DNA from: an uncultured cyanobacterium
GTDB lineage: Bacteria > Cyanobacteriota > Cyanobacteriia > Cyanobacteriales > Nostocaceae
Assembly: GCA_963740315.1 (NCBI GenBank)
Contig: CAVUDP010000001.1
Location: 192,001 to 256,000 of the forward strand
DNA: 64,000 nt
Reading direction: 5' to 3'
This document shows, piece by piece, positions 58,654 to 64,000 of the stretch. Positions within the stretch are counted from its first letter, which is position 1; each line of letters opens with the position of its first letter. The notes beneath the pieces were generated by a model, which saw only the letters and a list, made by a program, of their open reading frames with translations, did not search any database and had not been told where the DNA came from. The translations under genes were made by a program, and so were the position numbers.

Positions 58654-58988
58654 GCGTTCAAAGAGGAGAAATTATCAGAATAAATCTTAATCCAACTTCA
58701 GGTAGGGAGCAACAGGGAAAAACCAGACCTTGCTTAGTGATTAGTAATACTAAGTTCAATCATCGGCGCAAGATGGTTATTGTTTTACCCATAACTAACA
58801 CTATCAAGCCTAAAATTAAAACCTTAGTGCCATTACCAGATAATTTATCTATTACAGGATCGGTCGATACAGAACAGGTGCGAAATTTAGACCTAAACGA
58901 TCGATGGTGGGAAACCACTGGTGTTGTTCTTGACCAAGATTTGACTGATTATATGGTGGGAATGCTTACAACTTTGCTTAGTTGTTAA
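58650..58988 (+). CDS. mazF: MazF/PemK endoribonuclease toxin
   Basis: RGEI..INLNPTSGREQQGKTRPCLVISN..FN; LPIT; EQVRNLD. Confidence 0.88.
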   Translation: MSVQRGEIIRINLNPTSGREQQGKTRPCLVISNTKFNHRRKMVIVLPITNTIKPKIKTLVPLPDNLSITGSVDTEQVRNLDLNDRWWETTGVVLDQDLTDYMVGMLTTLLSC

Positions 58989-59027
58989 TAAAGAAAATTG
59001 AGACAGATTTTGACTTCTGCTACATAT

Positions 59028-59210
59028 TAGACATCTCCGGAAATTAAAAAAACCTCTCTCCATGAACGCGAAGCGTTTTCTCGTAGAGTACCTCTCTCCG
59101 GAGCAGGAGAGAGGCTTTATTTTCCCCCTTCCCGCTTTTGGGAAGGGGGTTAGGGGGTTAGGTTTCTATGTAAGGAAGGAAACCATACAAATGTTTTCCG
59201 AAGATGTCTA
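59028..59210. mobile_element. MITE with 16-bp TIRs and TA ends
   Basis: TAGACATCTCCGGAAA ... TTTCCGAAGATGTCTA (15/16 match) with internal hairpins. Confidence 0.75.
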
Positions 59211-59469
59211 TTGGTTAACAACTTCAAACACGGAGACTTGAATCCAAGCTATAATTCTAATGAAAAAAGTTCTATTCATATTGGTTAAGTGTTTGTTGAT
59301 TCACTATTGTTTTATAAAATACAATACAAGACGCTAATTTCAATATACTTGTCAATCATCATAGATTCCTGATTTCCTGTTCCAGACAATATTTCCCCTA
59401 TTTAATTGTTTCAATTTGTTTCTAAGTAGTTGACTATTATTTTGATTACACTTAGATTATTCACAGAGT

Positions 59470-59666
59470 TGCGATACATCAAAATCGACACCACTCGCCA
59501 GAACCTTGAAAACCGCATAACTTCGTTGACTGGTGTCGATGCCTTACGCAGCAAGGTTTCCAAGCTGCAAAATCGATGAATTTCTGGAATTTTTTTTCCG
59601 TTTTTACGACTGGTGTCGATTGGGGTATTCCAAACCCCTACTGTGTAAGCGTTCTAAAAGTGAACT
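59470..59666 (+). promoter_or_regulatory. CRISPR leader
   Basis: GAACCTTGAAAAC motif and GACTGGTGTCGAT repeated at 59528 and 59608, directly before repeat 1. Confidence 0.7.
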
Positions 59667-61435
59667 CTTTCCAAACCTATTCCCCTCAACGGGGATGGAA
59701 ACGTTAAAAAGATAACAGAAAGCAAAAACATTGGTTTTCTTTCCAAACCTATTCCCCTCAACGGGGATGGAAACTTGCAATTGATTTCATGAGGGCATTT
59801 CTTTGCTTTAACTTTCCAAACCTATTCCCCTCAACGGGGATGGAAACATCTTTATCGTTCATTACAAAATCGCGATTTTCTACTTTCCAAACCTATTCCC
59901 CTCAACGGGGATGGAAACGTTCTTCATCATATGAACAAATCTTGTATGACCATCTTTCCAAACCTATTCCCCTCAACGGGGATGGAAACGTTCAACATAA
60001 TAAATCCTATATATATTTTACTATGTTCTTTCCAAACCTATTCCCCTCAACGGGGATGGAAACTGTTCTGCCTCTTCTAGGCTGTAATAGACTTTTCTTT
60101 CCAAACCTATTCCCCTCAACGGGGATGGAAACCATTGATATTGTTAACTTGAAATGCTTGTGTAAATTCCTTTCCAAACCTATTCCCCTCAACGGGGATG
60201 GAAACGTAGTGGTGACGGTCTGTTAGCCTTGGCAACCCTCTCTTTCCAAACCTATTCCCCTCAACGGGGATGGAAACCCTTCATATTTCACTTTTGCGTG
60301 ATCTATTTTTTCTTTCCAAACCTATTCCCCTCAACGGGGATGGAAACCTTAAGTCGGTAAAGAAACCTATTAATTGTTTTCAGCTTTCCAAACCTATTCC
60401 CCTCAACGGGGATGGAAACAATTCTATAATTTGCAAAATTTCTCTGTTATTTTTCTTTCCAAACCTATTCCCCTCAACGGGGATGGAAACGTTTTGACCA
60501 GTCGAACCTCCAGCACCCATGACTCCCCTTTCCAAACCTATTCCCCTCAACGGGGATGGAAACCTTGTTTTCTTAATTCGCTGTCGCCAAACCACATAAA
60601 CCTTTCCAAACCTATTCCCCTCAACGGGGATGGAAACAATGCATTTCTTTGCCCTAAATTTTCACTACTATACTTTCCAAACCTATTCCCCTCAACGGGG
60701 ATGGAAACTTAAAGAAGATACAATATCAGTTGATTCATCATCACCACTTTCCAAACCTATTCCCCTCAACGGGGATGGAAACTTCTGACTATATTTCTGA
60801 AATATCATTTCATCAAAAGCCTTTCCAAACCTATTCCCCTCAACGGGGATGGAAACTTTAAGAAAGAAAGAAAATACAGAAAGATATCCTATACTTTCCA
60901 AACCTATTCCCCTCAACGGGGATGGAAACTTTTTCAATAAAGCAACTGCATCAAGAAAACCAAGGCCTTTCCAAACCTATTCCCCTCAACGGGGATGGAA
61001 ACCTGTAGTGATAGCTTTATCTTCAGGATAAGGCATACTTTCCAAACCTATTCCCCTCAACGGGGATGGAAACAAATTCATACTTTCCAATCCAATTTTC
61101 TCCAGCTTCCTTTCCAAACCTATTCCCCTCAACGGGGATGGAAACTTTCTCTAAAAACCGCTACTTTAAATTTTTCTCCAATTTCTTTCCAAACCTATTC
61201 CCCTCAACGGGGATGGAAACCATTATCCTTTCTAATATAAGAAATTAGCGGATCCTTTCCAAACCTATTCCCCTCAACGGGGATGGAAACTTTAGACATT
61301 GTTCAAATTCCTAAATTACAAAATTTTCTTTCCAAACCTATTCCCCTCAACGGGGATGGAAACAACAGTAGTTACATTTGAGAAAAGAATACTGCCAGAC
61401 TTTCCAAACCTATTCCCCTCAACGGGGATGGAAAC
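59667..61435 (+). CRISPR. CRISPR array: 25 identical 36-bp repeats and 24 spacers, no cas genes in window
   Basis: Repeat CTTTCCAAACCTATTCCCCTCAACGGGGATGGAAAC; spacers about 33-39 bp. Confidence 0.98.
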
Positions 61436-61456
61436 GTAAGATGCTCCAATAAAGTG

Positions 61457-61530
61457 GTAGGTTGGGTTGAACGAAGTGAAACCCAACATTATCAACCGTT
61501 TGTTGGGTTATGTTCCTCAACCCAACCTAC
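61457..61530. repeat. REP doublet (REPIN-like) of the GTAGGTTGGGTT family
   Basis: GTAGGTTGGGTTGAACG...CCCAACA and TGTTGGG...AACCCAACCTAC inverted pair. Confidence 0.8.
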
Positions 61531-61648
61531 AATATTTGTTATTTTTGGGTGTTTTGTTGAAATGATGTTTTTTGACGAAGTTGTTGGTACAACCCCAAAC
61601 ACGGGGAGACGTAGCAGTGCTACGTCTCTACATTGGTGACTGTGTGTT

Positions 61649-64000
61649 TTAGAATTCTCCGGCTAATGCACTAACGCATCTTTCGCACAACAAGGGATGC
61701 TCTTTAAATTCTCCAACTTTTGTAGAGTAATTCCAGCATCGATCGCACTTCTCCCCATCTGCTTTTACGACTCCAATTTCCCAGTTATCTGTCTGCAATT
61801 TGTGCTTACATTCGACTCCGGGATTATCTAAAATTTCTCCTTGAGATGTTAGGAATAAGTAGCGAAGTTCGTCTGCACCGTTATTACTATCGTTCAAAGA
61901 TTTGACTGCATTTCGCAATTCTTCGTCTTTGATGTAAAGCAAAACTTTCGCTTCTAAGGAGGAACCAATCATTTTGTCGATTCTGGCTTCTTCTAATACT
62001 TTATTAACATCGTTGCGGATTTGACGGATTTTTTCCCATAATTTGACTAATTCGGGATTTTTCCATTTATCTTCTAACTGCAACCAACCGGCTTCAAATA
62101 CCGATTTGTGGGAAGTTTCGTAGGGGATAAATTGCCAAATGTCTTCTGCCATGTGACACAATACGGGTGCGATCGCTTTCGTTAAATTCTCCAGCGCGAT
62201 TTGCATCACCGTTTGACAGCTACGACGGCGATCGCCATCAACACTACTGATATATAATCTATCTTTGCCCGCATCTAAATAAAAGTTGGATAAATCGACG
62301 ATGCAGAAGTTTTGTACGGCTTGGAAGAAGCGGGAAAATTGAAATGTTTCGTATGCATTGGTAATTTCGGAAAACACTTCTGTCATCCGATGCAGCATAT
62401 ATTTGTCAATTTCGGCTAAATCCTTGTAAGCCATTACGTCATCCACGGGATTAAAATCATGCAAGTTACCTAGCAAGAAGCGCGTGGTGTTGCGAATCTT
62501 GTTGCGGATATCCATGATTTGCTTCAAGGTATTTTTACCAATGCCTACGTCGTTGGTGTAATCTACCGAAGACACCCACAACCGCAATACATCGGCACCG
62601 TAAGCGGGTTCTTGCTTCTGATTTTTTCCGCCTTCAATGACTATTCTGGGGTCAATTACGTTACCTAAAGACTTACTTTGCTTGTAACCTTTCTCGTCTA
62701 AAGTGTAACCGTGAGTCAACACGATTTTATAAGGTGCGACACCGTTAACTGCAACGCTGGTAAGTAAGCTTGATTGGAACCAACCCCGGTGCTGATCGGA
62801 ACCTTCCAAATACATATCTGCGGGATAGCGCAATTCTGGACGCTGCTCGACTACGGATGCCCAGGAAGAACCGGAATCAAACCATACATCCATTGTATCC
62901 GTACCTTTACGGTATTTTCTGCCGTCATTACGGTATTTTTCCGGCATTAAATCTTCTACCGACAATTCCCACCAAGCATCAGTTCCTTTTTCGGCAATAA
63001 TGGCTTGCACGTGTTTGATGATTTCTTCATTCAATACCACCTCGTTGTTTTCTTCGTCGTAAAATACCGGAATTGGTACACCCCAACTGCGCTGACGAGA
63101 AATACACCAATCGTTTCGATCTGCAACCATCGGCGTGATGCGGTTTTGCCCTTGTGCGGGAATCCACTGCACGGATTTGATTTGCTCTAATGCTGTTTCG
63201 CGGAATTTCTCTACAGAAGCAAACCATTGCTCGGTAGCTCTAAAAATTGTCGGCTTTTTAGTACGCCAATCGTAAGGATATTTATGCGCGTAGGGTTCGT
63301 GTTTTATTAATGATTTGGCTTCCGTCAAAGCGTCGATAATTGCTTGATTGCCTTCACTAATTTGGTTATTTGTACCGACAACTTTTAAGCCTACAAACTT
63401 CCCGGCTTCCTCGGTAAACTTACCGTTTCCATCTACCGGAGCCAGAATCGGTAAATTATAGCGCTGTCCGACAATGTAATCTTCTTGACCGTGACCGGGT
63501 GCGGTATGTACCAAACCCGTACCGGATTCAGTTGTGATGTAATCGCCGCCGATTATTACCGGAGATTCTCTGTCAAATAACGGATGACGGTAAGTAGAAT
63601 TTTCTAAATCTTTACCTTTTAAGGTGGCTTTGACAGTTAGTTTTGCGCCAAATGTTTCCGATAGTCGCTCTGCTAAATCCGCAGCAACAATCAGATATTT
63701 AAAGTCTACAGCGGATAAATTCTCAACTTCCACCACTGCATAATTAAGCTCAGGATTCACAGCTACGGCTAAATTACCGGGAATAGTCCAAGGTGTTGTA
63801 GTCCAAATTGCTACACCCAAATTGGGTAAAAACTCTGATAAATTATCTTTTGCTGCATCCGCTAAATTCGTCATCGGGAAAGCAGCGTAGATACTGGGTG
63901 AAGTATGTCCTTCGGGGTATTCCAACTCAGCTTCCGCTAAAGCAGTTTGGGAACTGGGACTCCAATGCACGGGTTTTAAACCGCGATAGATGTAACCTTT
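61649..64000 (-). CDS. ileS: Isoleucine--tRNA ligase (5' end outside window)
   Basis: WTTTPWT, GTGLVHTAPGHG, DWCISRQR, EGSDQHRGWF, KQSKS, C-terminal CDRC/CERC zinc motif. Confidence 0.96.
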   Translation of the reverse strand, partial: KGYIYRGLKPVHWSPSSQTALAEAELEYPEGHTSPSIYAAFPMTNLADAAKDNLSEFLPNLGVAIWTTTPWTIPGNLAVAVNPELNYAVVEVENLSAVDFKYLIVAADLAERLSETFGAKLTVKATLKGKDLENSTYRHPLFDRESPVIIGGDYITTESGTGLVHTAPGHGQEDYIVGQRYNLPILAPVDGNGKFTEEAGKFVGLKVVGTNNQISEGNQAIIDALTEAKSLIKHEPYAHKYPYDWRTKKPTIFRATEQWFASVEKFRETALEQIKSVQWIPAQGQNRITPMVADRNDWCISRQRSWGVPIPVFYDEENNEVVLNEEIIKHVQAIIAEKGTDAWWELSVEDLMPEKYRNDGRKYRKGTDTMDVWFDSGSSWASVVEQRPELRYPADMYLEGSDQHRGWFQSSLLTSVAVNGVAPYKIVLTHGYTLDEKGYKQSKSLGNVIDPRIVIEGGKNQKQEPAYGADVLRLWVSSVDYTNDVGIGKNTLKQIMDIRNKIRNTTRFLLGNLHDFNPVDDVMAYKDLAEIDKYMLHRMTEVFSEITNAYETFQFSRFFQAVQNFCIVDLSNFYLDAGKDRLYISSVDGDRRRSCQTVMQIALENLTKAIAPVLCHMAEDIWQFIPYETSHKSVFEAGWLQLEDKWKNPELVKLWEKIRQIRNDVNKVLEEARIDKMIGSSLEAKVLLYIKDEELRNAVKSLNDSNNGADELRYLFLTSQGEILDNPGVECKHKLQTDNWEIGVVKADGEKCDRCWNYSTKVGEFKEHPLLCERCVSALAGEF

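Noticed and set aside
61074..61109. Spacer 20 shares GGATTGGAAAGT with 33123-33134 and CTTTCCAA with the repeat
   Set aside because: Matches of only 8-12 bp are expected by chance; not self-targeting.
59533..61248. Many short ORFs with repeated FPNLFPSTGMET / LSKPIPLNGDGN / FQTYSPQRGWK
   Set aside because: They are translations of the CRISPR repeat, not proteins.

Overview
This is AT-rich chromosomal DNA from a filamentous cyanobacterium, probably Nostocales/Rivulariaceae-like (inferred from abundant HIP1 GCGATCGC, heptamer STRR repeats, chlD, OCP and ycf34). The backbone is housekeeping genes: chlD, dusA, pgm, a group-3 sigma factor, prfB, ybeY, dgkA, trpG, a CCA enzyme, tsaB, thrC, a porin, glycosyltransferases, parA, katG and ileS. 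Accessory and unusual elements: (1) a full-length tandem paralog of release factor 2 directly upstream of prfB. It keeps the +1 frameshift position but with CTT-TAG-C (an RF1 codon) instead of CTT-TGA-C, keeps SPF and lacks the catalytic GGQ. (2) An rcaD-like / AAA ATPase / DEDDy-exonuclease-Cas4-like-nuclease-FtsK operon that looks like an uncharacterised defence system. (3) A Swt1-HEPN-RNase III fusion. (4) A RAYT transposase in a dense REP array that also brackets two pentapeptide genes whose antisense frames are almost fully open. (5) DarTG and MazEF toxin-antitoxin modules. (6) A 25-repeat CRISPR array with leader and no cas genes in the window, plus a separate 2-repeat mini-array. (7) Duplicated gene 3' ends (thrC in three copies; parA bracketing katG). 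Several genes are broken: katG and the AAA ATPase by single frameshifts, a two-component pair by deletion, and a decayed TA. All calls come from reading the sequence and recalling families; no searches were run.
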